The translations under genes were made by a program, and so were the position numbers. Under the pieces are notes generated by a model. That model was not told the origin of the DNA. It saw only the letters and a list, made by a program, of their open reading frames with translations, and did no database searches. Shown here one piece after another: positions 1 to 10,580 of a stretch of 64,000 bases of DNA. Every line of letters starts with the position of its first letter. Position 1 is the stretch's first letter. Source of the stretch: Patescibacteria group bacterium (lineage in GTDB: Bacteria; Patescibacteriota; Patescibacteriia; UBA9570); the NCBI GenBank assembly GCA_041665365.1, contig JBAYIY010000004.1, forward strand, positions 8,610 to 72,609, given 5' to 3'.

Positions 1-3000
1 AAAGTAACTGTACCGAGTGATGGTAGCGTGGTAGATGGTTCATATGCCTTTTCTGAAGATAAAACTGCAGCGGTGTTTTATCCAGCCAGTGATTATCAGG
101 CTGATACTACTTATAAGGTAGAATTAACCAGTGCCATCGAAGGGATTAACCCAGATACCGGCGCGGTCTATAATTTATCCTCCAGTGATTCAAAACGGAT
201 TTTTACTTTCAGCACCGGTACCACCACCGATGATATTCCACCAACTGTTAATGTGGCCGAACTGGCACCATTTCCAGCTGACGGTGATGTGGATATTTGT
301 TTGAACCCAACACTGCAGGTATCATTTTCGGAAAGCCTTGATCCGGCATCGCCATCTGATAATAATTTTTGGTTATTCAAAGCCGCTGACGTTGTAGCCG
401 ATACATTAGATATTGGTAACATTCGGTTAACCAGTATTGGTGGGGAATCGGATGATACTATTGTTACCTCTCCGCAAGACCAATTAGATAGTAACACTGA
501 GTATGGCATTAGTTTGTATAGTGGTGACCCAGCGACCGATCAGTTTACTGGCGCCATTTATGATACATGCGGCAACCCGTTGAGTGGTAATTTTGATGTT
601 CTGATGACAGGTAGCCCAACGGATGATTATATCGATTCGGCTGCCACCACCTATCCCTGGACATTTACGACCGGCGATCAACCATATTGTGTACCGAATA
701 TTGATAGTGTCAGCCAAGAAGATTCTTACTACAGTGAAGATCAAGCACCAATCGGTACCAGTGGAGATGAAGATACTGGTGTTACCACTTTAACCGGTGA
801 TTATCTTTATCCATTTTATGATGTTAATTTTAACGATAATATCTCGGCAGCTGGAATAAATTGTTTTGATACTGGGCACGATACTACATTAGGTTGTTTT
901 GTTAGCCATACTGGTAGTTCCAGTATTTCTTTGCGCTTACCGGTGGCCAGTCAAACCGGGGTAGTGAGTGTGGAAAATAATAATGGTGCCGATGATTCAC
1001 CGCAAGTGGCGGTAGTAGCTTCACCTTATCTGCGTAGTACTTCACCAGCCACTGGGCCAGTTGGACAGTATATTACCATTCGCGGAAAGCATTTCGGTGA
1101 TTATGATCCAGCTGTATCTGGCAGTGAGCGTGGTCAAGTGTGGTTTGGTGATGTGGCCGGTGAATTCGTTTGTGCGGATGGTTGGGACGATACCAGTATT
1201 ATTGTGCGTGTACCAGTGGGGTTAAATGTTGATGATACACCAACCATTCAAGTTATTACAGCCGCCGGTAAATATAGTAATCAATTAAGCTTTACCGTAA
1301 CCGACGGTACACCTGGCCCTGGTTTGTGTGAGTTAGTACCAAAGTGTAGTGATACTGGAGCCGATAGTGTCACGGCCTTAGGAGAAAATTTTGGAGATGA
1401 TGGTGCCGTTTATTTTCAATCATCTTCTGGTGAGGTTAATATTGGCACGGTGACTAGTTGGAATGTGTATAATGAAACCTATCTTAGTCAGACCGTTGTC
1501 ACGGATGGCACGCCGGTAACTGCTCTAGATACGTATAGTTTTTCAGTTGGGTCTACTGGTATTAGTAATAGTTTAGATTTTAAAATTTCCTGTGCCGAAC
1601 CGCCTAGTTTATTTGAGTCTTATAGTTGTGATCTCAGTGCCGGCACCTATTATCTACCAAATCCAACCAGTTCGAGTGATAATGCCTGTGTTAATAGTGT
1701 GATTGATTTTGCTTTCACCACGACTATGGATGATACTGCGGTTGAATCTGGCGTGGCGATTTATAAGTGTAATAATACAGAACCATTCGATGATACAACT
1801 TGTACGCCAATTACTGGTGAGTATATTAGCGGTTTTCTCGATTCAGCTTATGGTGCCGGCAGTACGGCTAGTGAATATTCCTTCACTCCGAGCGGTGGTT
1901 TTTCGGCTGGTTACTACTATAAAGTAACTATACCATCAAGTGTGACTGACAGCACTGGTGTGGGCTTAGATAGTGATTACGCCTGGAATTTTAAAGTGCG
2001 AGATGATACTAGTGCCTGTAAAGTAGATTCTTTATCAGTTTCACCAGCCACGGAACGTGTCACGGGTTATGACGCGGTGGATGCGTGTCTGGATAATCAT
2101 AATTATAAAGACACAAGCTATTCATTGCGCGCTCGTCCGGCCACGGCTGATTGTTTGATGCTTGATGCGGTGGGGGATTACACTTGGGATATAAGTGAAC
2201 CTGCTATATTAACTTTTGGTAGCAATAGCACCACCGGTAGCGATGTCGTTGGTAGTAGTCTGACTCATACTACAACTAATGGTTATGATACTGTTTGTTT
2301 ACAGGGAGCCGGCGAAACCAATGATGGTTTATCTACTGTCTCTGCCTCCATCGAAGGTGTGTCAGATTCAGCTGATATTGAGGTTGATTTTGGTTATTGT
2401 ACGCAAGATAGTGATTGCTATACGGCCGATTGTCGTGATACCTATTGTGATGCCACCACGTCACATTGTGCTCCAGATGTAATTGGATTTACCCCAGCTA
2501 CGGTTGGAGCCGGTGGTTGTTTAACTTTAAATGGTTGCTATTTTGGTAGTGATCAAACTCAATCGGGTTATTGTACGTGTACCAGTTTAAAAGCAGACGG
2601 TGAAACCTGCACGATTGATGAAGGTGATGTGGCCTGTTTGTTATCTGGTGGTATTTCCAGTTGTACTTTAAATGAGGAATATTGTGAGTTAGGTAGCACT
2701 TGTACCACTGAATCAGCCGAGGCTAATTATGATTTAGGTTATTTTAGGGGTTGTGACTGTATCATGACTGATGGTACTAGCCGCACTTGTCGTGTGGAAG
2801 ATGGTGCTACCCAATGTGTGGTAGCTGGTTCTGAAACTTGTTCAGCTACTTCAAGTACATTTACCGCCGGTGGTGCTGGCAGTATCAGTTTTGGTAGTAC
2901 TACCGCCTCAACTCCAGCTTCAACCTACTGTGGTGACGTTTGGAATACCGATCAAGTAGTGGTACAAGTTCCAGAAGATGGTTCAGTTACCCCGGGCACC

Positions 3001-6000
3001 TACGATGTAACATTACAGAGTTACTACGGATTGTCTGACACCATTGAGGGTTGTGCGGTGGGTAGTGACCCAACAGCTTGTTTATGTAGAATAGAGCCAG
3101 CTCGTGGCCAAGAAGGTACCATCGCCGATTTATTTGGTGACCACTTTGATCTTTTCACCACCAATCGGCGAGTCACTTTTGCTGGTTCAATCAGTCGTGT
3201 TCAGACTGATGGCACTGAAACTTGGACTAGTGCCAATGAAATTAACAACTCTATCGTACCAGAAGGGGCTGTTAGTAGTTCTGAAGGTGTGCAATTGGAG
3301 GACGATACTTCTACCAGTAACGCTTTGAATTTTAATGTGAGTTGTAGTTCCGATTTTGATTGTGCCACCGGTTGTTGTAACGCCGGGCAGTGTGCAGCGG
3401 CCGAGCAGTGCAATATTTGTACCACTGACAGTGATTGTTCTTCCAGTGCTTGTACTTCCACTTGTGTGGCCAGTACTTGTGCGCCGGTTATTACTAAGCT
3501 TAGTCCAGATCATGGTGCCGTCGGGCAACCGGTAACTATTCAGGGTTGTCATTTTGGGTCTTATTATGATCCCGCCAGTTCCACTCCGGGAAGTACCGTT
3601 ACCATGGATGGTATTCAAGCCGAGTTAGCCTGTTCAGAAACGCAAGAGTGGAGTAACCGCCAGATTATTGTCACAGCACCAGATGGTATATTTACTGATG
3701 CCACCACTGATTTAGCTAGTGTGCAAGTGCAACAGGTTAGTACAGTGAATGCGGAGTTGATCGCTCAAACCAGCAATGCCGTTGATTTTACTATGGATAA
3801 TAGCTGCTCTGAAGTTGATTTGCCAGTGTTGTGTAATGCTAATCCCGTCTACAGCCCAGTGGCTAATGATGTTACTTTAACCGGTGAGAATTTCCGCGCT
3901 GAAGCTGATGGTTATTGCGCTTGTACTACTAGTTTAGGTGACTGCAAAATCACGGCGGGTGATACCTCTTGTACTCTCACAGAAAGTAACACGTATTATG
4001 TCAATCCGACTGATACCAGTGAAGTTTGTGCTAATGGCAGTTCCGGTCCGGCCACCTCCAATGCCAATACTTTTTACGATGCCACCGTTGGTGCTTGTGT
4101 GTATACCGATACCACTGATACAACTATTACTTGTCAGATTACAACTGGGTCGGCCAGTTGTGTAGTAACAAATTCAGACACGTGTTATGCCGATCGGATT
4201 GATACCAGTTTGAAATGTTCAAAAGATGTTACCGGTTTTGTATCATTAGATGGTTCTGCTCAATACTATTCAGATCAAGCAGCAATCATAGATTGGACGA
4301 CATATTCCAGTACAAAATACGATACAACTGTGCCGAGTGATAGTGAAACTGGAGATGTCAACGTAATTTCTACCACTCAAAATAATACTCAGTGCGTCAG
4401 TAATGGTCTTGAATTTCCAATTTCTTGTGCCTCGTGTGGGGAATGTAACAGTACCGCCGATCATGCATTGAATTGTGATCTCACCTATGATGCCGCCTTT
4501 GGTAGTTGTACCACCTCAAGTACTGGGTTTTGCCGCGCTCAACCGGATTCATGCTGTAATGTCTCCAGTTGTATCTACGATGATACTGCCACTACTGCCG
4601 TCGATGGTGGTACTTGTGTTGGTCAGCCAGTAGTAGCCTTTACTGATCCGGTTATGGCTGTTCAACCAGGTGATACAAATATTTGCGCCAATGTGCAGCT
4701 ACATGTGAAATTTAGTGAAGGCATGACTACCAGTGCCGCCACTGATACGAGCGATAACTTTGATAAATATATTTTCTTACGCCCATCTTCAGCTGATGAC
4801 ACAGCTAGTGATGAAACAGTGTTGAGCACAATTACTCCAACCAAAACCGGCAGTGAGTTAACTTTAGATCTGACAAAATTATTGGATTATGACACTGACT
4901 ATGAATTGATCATTCGTAGTCAGGATACAATTGTGTCAGGCACAAAGCATCAATCGGGTGTAATTTCAGCCACGACCGGTGCCGCTATTGGCTGTGATGC
5001 GACCATGAGTGCACTCGGTGTGTGTCATGATGGTTATATCAAATACACTTTTACCACTGCATCAGCGGCTGATTATTCGACCCAGTGTGGTCCGGCCAGC
5101 GTAGTATTAGAGGCGGATAGTAGTGACTTTATTGACCATGATTATACCTTTAATGAATCAGGGCAAACGGAAGATATCACCGCTACCACCTATTCCGGTG
5201 ATAGTCAGGCGATTAGTAGAATTGATGATGGTACAGAACCTGGTTTTTCTTGGAGTTATGACTGGACACCAACCTATACCACCTTAGCCGATTTAGAAGC
5301 CGATATCTGTCCGATTGCTGGCATTATTGGTGCCAGTACGGATGTGCCTAATCAAACTCTCACCGCTGATACACCAGATGCTGAAGGTGAACATACTGAT
5401 ACAGTAAAAGTTTCCATCACTGGAGATGGTTCCGTTGAACAAGGTTGGAATAATTCTTTTACCGATAGTTTATTATACGATTTTCAATACTGTGATCCAG
5501 ATAAATTAGTCACTTATAGTAACAGTGATTACAACTTATATTGGTCATACTGTCAGGGTGATATGGCTGAGTTTGATGAGGTGTTTAGTAGAGATAGCGC
5601 TAAAATTACTGAAGAATATGGTCACACGGAAGATTTTATTTATGAAATCGGTTTTAAAGATACTGCTGCGACTACCAATGATGCCACTACTAATAATAAC
5701 TTGATTGTGTTACGGGTTTATCCAAACGATATTGACGGTTCACCAGCTTCACCTTGGGATAGTATCAATCCAGATTTATGGTATATGCTAAATACCAATA
5801 ACCCTTCGGCTACCGCTACTCCAACCACAGTGAATGGTTATGATGCTGTCACAGTCGGTAATACTGTTTATGTGGCGGCCAATAATTTGGATGATCACGA
5901 TGATTCTATAGAGGTTGAGGGGGAGGAAGAAGAAGATCTTAATTATGGTACTTTATCATCTTACATGTTTGTAGTGGCTTACAGTGCCGATGCCTCCAGT

Positions 6001-6672
6001 GCCACGACTGATGTAGTCACGGCTATTTTAGATGGTTTCAAATTTAATCGTAATGAGACATTATCAACCGATTGTGCCTTAGAAAAAGCTAAATTAGTCA
6101 TCGATACCAACCGGGTGACCGACTTAGGTACGATCGCTTATTTATTAAGTAGTTATTATTATCATGATAGTGACGGTAATGGTGTAAATGATTTTCCAGA
6201 TTTAACCAGTGGTTCATATATTACCGGTTTAACCACGTCAGTTTGGCCATCTTGGGATGCAGTGTTAGGCGATGCGCTGGGGCAGACGTTGTTTACGGAT
6301 CCGGTTAATACTTTTGCCGATGCAACCACACAGTGCCCATACGCGCCGGACGATAATAAATACTATGATGCCTCTGGCTCATGTTGGGATCCGGTAAACA
6401 AAAAATTCTTCGGGCCAACTGATTCTCATGTTTATCTTTATGAATATCAATCGGCTGATCAATTTGCTTTATATTCCAAGCTAGATTATACCGGTTTAGG
6501 TAGTTGGGGACAGAGTTACTCGTATGATCCATGCACGACATATTCTGATGGTACCACAGCTGTGTCTACTAAAATCAGTGGTTTTTCCGGAGGGTGTTCG
6601 ACCTTTAACTACCTGGTCAATAATACATTGACGACAGATAATACCCTGTATGCCAAACTCTTTGCCGATTGA
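1..6672 (+). CDS. Giant Cys/Thr/Asp-rich surface protein with Ig-like (Big_5-type) and IPT/TIG domains and a C-terminal pilin/GspG-like segment; 5' end lies outside the window
   Basis: Frame is open from base 1 (KVTVPSDGSV...). Big_5-like motifs (PADGDVDICLNPTLQVSFSE; ICANVQLHVKFSE), IPT/TIG motifs (SPATGPVGQYITIRGKHFG; LSPDHGAVGQPVTIQGCHFG), many Cys clusters, C-terminal RVTDLGTIAYLLSSYY...FPDL...DPVN. Confidence 0.85.
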   Translation, partial: KVTVPSDGSVVDGSYAFSEDKTAAVFYPASDYQADTTYKVELTSAIEGINPDTGAVYNLSSSDSKRIFTFSTGTTTDDIPPTVNVAELAPFPADGDVDICLNPTLQVSFSESLDPASPSDNNFWLFKAADVVADTLDIGNIRLTSIGGESDDTIVTSPQDQLDSNTEYGISLYSGDPATDQFTGAIYDTCGNPLSGNFDVLMTGSPTDDYIDSAATTYPWTFTTGDQPYCVPNIDSVSQEDSYYSEDQAPIGTSGDEDTGVTTLTGDYLYPFYDVNFNDNISAAGINCFDTGHDTTLGCFVSHTGSSSISLRLPVASQTGVVSVENNNGADDSPQVAVVASPYLRSTSPATGPVGQYITIRGKHFGDYDPAVSGSERGQVWFGDVAGEFVCADGWDDTSIIVRVPVGLNVDDTPTIQVITAAGKYSNQLSFTVTDGTPGPGLCELVPKCSDTGADSVTALGENFGDDGAVYFQSSSGEVNIGTVTSWNVYNETYLSQTVVTDGTPVTALDTYSFSVGSTGISNSLDFKISCAEPPSLFESYSCDLSAGTYYLPNPTSSSDNACVNSVIDFAFTTTMDDTAVESGVAIYKCNNTEPFDDTTCTPITGEYISGFLDSAYGAGSTASEYSFTPSGGFSAGYYYKVTIPSSVTDSTGVGLDSDYAWNFKVRDDTSACKVDSLSVSPATERVTGYDAVDACLDNHNYKDTSYSLRARPATADCLMLDAVGDYTWDISEPAILTFGSNSTTGSDVVGSSLTHTTTNGYDTVCLQGAGETNDGLSTVSASIEGVSDSADIEVDFGYCTQDSDCYTADCRDTYCDATTSHCAPDVIGFTPATVGAGGCLTLNGCYFGSDQTQSGYCTCTSLKADGETCTIDEGDVACLLSGGISSCTLNEEYCELGSTCTTESAEANYDLGYFRGCDCIMTDGTSRTCRVEDGATQCVVAGSETCSATSSTFTAGGAGSISFGSTTASTPASTYCGDVWNTDQVVVQVPEDGSVTPGTYDVTLQSYYGLSDTIEGCAVGSDPTACLCRIEPARGQEGTIADLFGDHFDLFTTNRRVTFAGSISRVQTDGTETWTSANEINNSIVPEGAVSSSEGVQLEDDTSTSNALNFNVSCSSDFDCATGCCNAGQCAAAEQCNICTTDSDCSSSACTSTCVASTCAPVITKLSPDHGAVGQPVTIQGCHFGSYYDPASSTPGSTVTMDGIQAELACSETQEWSNRQIIVTAPDGIFTDATTDLASVQVQQVSTVNAELIAQTSNAVDFTMDNSCSEVDLPVLCNANPVYSPVANDVTLTGENFRAEADGYCACTTSLGDCKITAGDTSCTLTESNTYYVNPTDTSEVCANGSSGPATSNANTFYDATVGACVYTDTTDTTITCQITTGSASCVVTNSDTCYADRIDTSLKCSKDVTGFVSLDGSAQYYSDQAAIIDWTTYSSTKYDTTVPSDSETGDVNVISTTQNNTQCVSNGLEFPISCASCGECNSTADHALNCDLTYDAAFGSCTTSSTGFCRAQPDSCCNVSSCIYDDTATTAVDGGTCVGQPVVAFTDPVMAVQPGDTNICANVQLHVKFSEGMTTSAATDTSDNFDKYIFLRPSSADDTASDETVLSTITPTKTGSELTLDLTKLLDYDTDYELIIRSQDTIVSGTKHQSGVISATTGAAIGCDATMSALGVCHDGYIKYTFTTASAADYSTQCGPASVVLEADSSDFIDHDYTFNESGQTEDITATTYSGDSQAISRIDDGTEPGFSWSYDWTPTYTTLADLEADICPIAGIIGASTDVPNQTLTADTPDAEGEHTDTVKVSITGDGSVEQGWNNSFTDSLLYDFQYCDPDKLVTYSNSDYNLYWSYCQGDMAEFDEVFSRDSAKITEEYGHTEDFIYEIGFKDTAATTNDATTNNNLIVLRVYPNDIDGSPASPWDSINPDLWYMLNTNNPSATATPTTVNGYDAVTVGNTVYVAANNLDDHDDSIEVEGEEEEDLNYGTLSSYMFVVAYSADASSATTDVVTAILDGFKFNRNETLSTDCALEKAKLVIDTNRVTDLGTIAYLLSSYYYHDSDGNGVNDFPDLTSGSYITGLTTSVWPSWDAVLGDALGQTLFTDPVNTFADATTQCPYAPDDNKYYDASGSCWDPVNKKFFGPTDSHVYLYEYQSADQFALYSKLDYTGLGSWGQSYSYDPCTTYSDGTTAVSTKISGFSGGCSTFNYLVNNTLTTDNTLYAKLFAD

Positions 6673-7237
6673 CCCTAATGTTGAAGATATCTTCGCTGAA
6701 TCTGTTAATGCCGCAGCGGGAGCGGAACCAGAGCCAGTTGCGCAACCATATGAACCGGTAGTTTATCCCCGATCACATCGTAAGCTATGGATTATTGCCA
6801 TAGTGCTAGTAGGTTTGCTACTATTAGGTGGTCTAGTGGTTGGTGGTTATTTATATTGGCAGACATTGCCTAAACCACAATCACCCGTTCCTACCAATAT
6901 CAATACCAACACAAACATCAATACTAATATACCAGTCACGGTTCCTATCAATACCAACACAAACATCAATACTAATACCAATATTAATGTTACTAGTGTG
7001 GATACCGATCATGATGGATTATCAGATGAGGAAGAATTGGTGTTAAATACCAATCCAAAAAAGAAGGATACCGATGAAGATGGATTATCCGACCGTGAGG
7101 AAGTACGGGTTTATGATACTGACCCGCGTAATCCTGATACGGACGGTGATGGCTACACTGACGGTGATGAAGTAACCCACTTCTATGACCCTAATAATCC
7201 TGATTCAACTAAACGTTTGTTCGATTTACCAAAATAA
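6650..7237 (+). CDS. Single-pass membrane protein with Asn/Thr linker and bacterial TSP3 Ca-binding repeats
   Basis: One TM helix, TNINTNTNIN repeats, DTDHDGLSD/DTDEDGLSD/DTDGDGYTD motifs. Confidence 0.85.
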   Translation: MPNSLPIDPNVEDIFAESVNAAAGAEPEPVAQPYEPVVYPRSHRKLWIIAIVLVGLLLLGGLVVGGYLYWQTLPKPQSPVPTNINTNTNINTNIPVTVPINTNTNINTNTNINVTSVDTDHDGLSDEEELVLNTNPKKKDTDEDGLSDREEVRVYDTDPRNPDTDGDGYTDGDEVTHFYDPNNPDSTKRLFDLPK

Positions 7238-7254
7238 ATAACTTAAATTACATT

Positions 7255-8433
7255 ATGGATTTTCCACAACCACCCCAAGGCGCAGCTACTCCATTTCCAG
7301 CCGCGCCACAACCCACTCCTACTACACCACCGTCTTTTCCGGCCACTCCACCAACCTCACCATTGCCCGCCCCATCATTTCCACCACAACCTGTGCAAAT
7401 TCCAGTGCAAGGGGTAAGCGACGAGCAGGTTTATGCTATGCCAGAAAAATTTTTATCGACTAATCCGGCCGGTAGCAGCCCGAGTAGTGAAAAACCGCCG
7501 CGAAAAAAACTGACCATTGTGTTAATTGTGCTAATAATATTAATGGTGCTCGCTACGATTGGTGGAGTAGCCTATTATTTCTTAGTATTGGCTAAAGCTC
7601 CAGTCACAACCACTACATCAACCACTTCTTCCAAAACAACTTCTACTAGTACTACTAACACAAGTAACAATAATGTTAATGCTGTGAATGCCAGCAATGC
7701 AAACAGTAACACGAATAAAATTAATAGTAATGTCAGTAATGTTAATAATGCCAACACTAATAGTAATACAAATTCAAATACCAATGCTGTTGTTAACACA
7801 AATACCAACGTTAATACTAATGTAAATGCTCCGGTAAATACCAACACGAATATTAGTGTCCCGGCCAAAGACACTGACGGTGATGGTTTAACCAATGACG
7901 AAGAAAAAATTTGGGGAACTAAAGCCGATTTACCTGATACGGATGGTGATGGTTATAAAGACGGTGTTGAAGTAGTCGCCGGTTATGATCCAACTAATGC
8001 TACGAGTGCTGGTAAAATATCTGATAATGCAGCTTTAGTCGATACTTATACAAATAGTATGTATAGTTACACTGTGTTACATCCAAACAAGTGGATTGCC
8101 GATGCCTTAACGGAGGGTGATAATACTGAAATATTATTTACGCCAAATACCCTTGAATTAGCGGGACAGTTCGTGGCGATTAGTGTCACTAGTAATCCAT
8201 CTGGGTTAACTGCCTTAGATTGGTACGTTGAAACCAACAAAGTAGCCGAAACTAGTGTAAAACCGGTGACAACATTTTCCGGTTTAAAGGGTGTCTGGAG
8301 TGCTGACGGTAGTACCGCTTACTTTGTTGATAATGATTATGTCTATGCTGTCAGTTATCGTTATGGCACCAGTGCTGAATTGTTCTTCCCTGATACCTTT
8401 CAGTTAATGGTGAAAAGCTTTTCCTTGAATTAA
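7255..8433 (+). CDS. Single-pass membrane protein: Pro-rich N-terminus, Asn/Thr stalk, TSP3 repeats, PsbP-like C-terminal domain
   Basis: TM helix, NTNSNTN low complexity, DTDGDGLT/DTDGDGYK motifs, YTNSMYSYTVLHPNKW PsbP-like start. Confidence 0.8.
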   Translation: MDFPQPPQGAATPFPAAPQPTPTTPPSFPATPPTSPLPAPSFPPQPVQIPVQGVSDEQVYAMPEKFLSTNPAGSSPSSEKPPRKKLTIVLIVLIILMVLATIGGVAYYFLVLAKAPVTTTTSTTSSKTTSTSTTNTSNNNVNAVNASNANSNTNKINSNVSNVNNANTNSNTNSNTNAVVNTNTNVNTNVNAPVNTNTNISVPAKDTDGDGLTNDEEKIWGTKADLPDTDGDGYKDGVEVVAGYDPTNATSAGKISDNAALVDTYTNSMYSYTVLHPNKWIADALTEGDNTEILFTPNTLELAGQFVAISVTSNPSGLTALDWYVETNKVAETSVKPVTTFSGLKGVWSADGSTAYFVDNDYVYAVSYRYGTSAELFFPDTFQLMVKSFSLN

Positions 8434-8435
8434 TC

Positions 8436-8849
8436 ATGCAACTTGAGTTATCCAAGCGTGTATCTGCTCAGCTGGTGACGGAATCATTCATAAAGACTAT
8501 ATTTTCAGCTCTGCAGCGTTATGTAAAAATTCCAGACAGTTATGACTTTATCAGTGTAGATGTAGTCGGTGATACGTCAATGCAGGCTTTAAATAAGACA
8601 TACCGTCAGCAAAACTACATTCCAGATGTACTCTCGTTTCCGTATGGGCCAGAAGGTGGTGAAATTGTACTGTGTTATCCACAAGCCAAGCGGCAAGCCA
8701 AAGCCAAACAAGTCCCACTACGTTCAGAATTAGCTTGGTTATTAATACATGGATTTTTACACATCCTTGGATATGATCATGAACAAGCCACGGCTGCTAA
8801 AATTATGCGCCCACTCGAACAACGTATTTTACAGGCAATAAAATTATGA
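8436..8849 (+). CDS. ybeY: rRNA maturation endoribonuclease YbeY
   Basis: LNKTYR...DVLSFP and HGFLHILGYDH metal motif. Confidence 0.95.
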   Translation: MQLELSKRVSAQLVTESFIKTIFSALQRYVKIPDSYDFISVDVVGDTSMQALNKTYRQQNYIPDVLSFPYGPEGGEIVLCYPQAKRQAKAKQVPLRSELAWLLIHGFLHILGYDHEQATAAKIMRPLEQRILQAIKL

Positions 8850-9223
8850 TTAGTGTACGACAACTCCATAACAGTTTCTACTATGCTGTTCAAGGCCTAC
8901 AGTATGTTTGGCGCAATGAACAGAATTTTCGCTTACAGTGCGGTATAGCTGTGTTAGTGGTGCTGGCGATGGTATTCTTTCGTGTTACTTTACCAGAAGC
9001 TATTGTGCTCACTATGATGATAGTGTGTGTCTTAGTGTTAGAAGTGATTAATACCATTTTTGAGAAGCTGGTTGATATCCTAAAACCGCGCATGCACACT
9101 TATGTTGGCATTATTAAAGATATGATGGCAGCGACAGTGCTGTTAGCTTCGGTAGGGGCGGCTTTGATTGCTGCGATGGTGTTCATACCTTATTGCCTTG
9201 AATTGGTGCAATTGCTACAATAG
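8846..9223 (+). CDS. dgkA: Prokaryotic diacylglycerol/undecaprenol kinase
   Basis: EQNFR, LEVINTIFEKLVD and IKDMMA motifs; canonical ybeY-dgkA pairing. Confidence 0.9.
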   Translation: MISVRQLHNSFYYAVQGLQYVWRNEQNFRLQCGIAVLVVLAMVFFRVTLPEAIVLTMMIVCVLVLEVINTIFEKLVDILKPRMHTYVGIIKDMMAATVLLASVGAALIAAMVFIPYCLELVQLLQ

Positions 9224-9227
9224 TACC

Positions 9228-10478
9228 ATGGCGCGCGCTGACATCATTACTGGATTAGATATAGGCTCAACGACTATTCGTGTTGCGGTTGGGCAGGTCA
9301 ATCAGCACGATGGTGATTTACATATTATTGGTGCTGCTGAGCATCCCGCTGAAGGTATCAACAAAGGAGTTGTGACCAGCATCGAAGATGCGGTGTCGAG
9401 TATTTCTGGTGCTCTAGATAAAGCTGAGCGCATGACCGGCATTCCCATCGAGCGAGCTTATGTGAGTGTTAATGGTAGTCATATTGTGGCGCAAGATAGT
9501 CATGGCGTAGTGGCGGTGTCTAAAGCCGATGGTGAAATTCGTGAAGATGATGTGCAACGCGCCATTGAAGCCGCGCAGACCGTAGCCACCCCACCGAACT
9601 ATGAAATTTTACATGTGATTCCACATCAGTTTCAGGTGGATAATCAATCTGGCGTAAAAGATCCAATTGGCATGACCGGCATAAAGTTAGAAGTTGATGC
9701 TCAGATTATTTTGGGTTTAACCGCGCAAATCAAAAATTTAACCAAGTGTGTTTATCGTACCGGAACAGATATTCAAGATCTCGTGCTGGGTGTATTAGCA
9801 GTCGGTGAAGCAGTTTTAACTAAAAGACAAAAAGAATTAGGTGTGGCTTTAGTGAGTATGGGTGGATTAACCACCAGCATAATGGTATTTGAAGAAGGGG
9901 ATATGATTCATACCAAAGTTATCCCAGTCGGTTCTGGTCACATCACTAATGATATTGCCATTGGCTTACGCACGTCTGTTGATGTGGCTGAAGCCATCAA
10001 GGCTCGCTTTGGCACAGCTGTTCCGGATGAAGTGGGTAAGCATGAAGAAATTGATTTACGTGAAATTGATCCAAATGAAAATAGTCGTGTCTCACGCCGC
10101 GAAGTAGCCGAAATTATTGAAGCGCGTTTAGAGGAATTATTTACCTTAGTGAATAAAGAATTAAAAGTCATTAATCGTCATGGCATGTTACCAGCTGGTA
10201 TAGTTTTAACCGGTGGTGGTGCTAAGTTGACCGGCATTACAGAGGTGGCTAAAAAACAATTCTCATTACCAGCCTCAGTTGGTACACCCCGTCAGTTCAA
10301 AACAGCTATTGATAAGATAGAAGATCCGGTCTTTGCGACTGCATTAGGCCTGGTTTTGTGGGGAGAAAATATGAATGAACAACCGCACGCTGGTGGTTTA
10401 GCCTCACTAGCTCGTTTTTCTGTAGTGGGCGATGCCACGACAAAAATGAAGAAGTGGTTTAAGAGTTTACTACCATAA
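9228..10478 (+). CDS. ftsA: Cell division protein FtsA
   Basis: GLDIGST and GIVLTGGGAKL actin-fold motifs; start moved to ATG 9228 (MARADII). Confidence 0.97.
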   Translation: MARADIITGLDIGSTTIRVAVGQVNQHDGDLHIIGAAEHPAEGINKGVVTSIEDAVSSISGALDKAERMTGIPIERAYVSVNGSHIVAQDSHGVVAVSKADGEIREDDVQRAIEAAQTVATPPNYEILHVIPHQFQVDNQSGVKDPIGMTGIKLEVDAQIILGLTAQIKNLTKCVYRTGTDIQDLVLGVLAVGEAVLTKRQKELGVALVSMGGLTTSIMVFEEGDMIHTKVIPVGSGHITNDIAIGLRTSVDVAEAIKARFGTAVPDEVGKHEEIDLREIDPNENSRVSRREVAEIIEARLEELFTLVNKELKVINRHGMLPAGIVLTGGGAKLTGITEVAKKQFSLPASVGTPRQFKTAIDKIEDPVFATALGLVLWGENMNEQPHAGGLASLARFSVVGDATTKMKKWFKSLLP

Positions 10479-10580
10479 ATTTGTGTGGACACAAAAAGTG
10501 TTCAGAACTATTGACGTAATATACTATTGCTAGTATCATTGGCAATTGTATAACTTAGCATTGAACAAAAAAAGTGTTAT

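Noticed and set aside
6895-7850. AAT/ACT-rich tandem repeats as DGR or contingency loci
   Set aside because: They encode Asn/Thr stalks in frame; no reverse transcriptase or adenine-specific TR/VR pair was seen.
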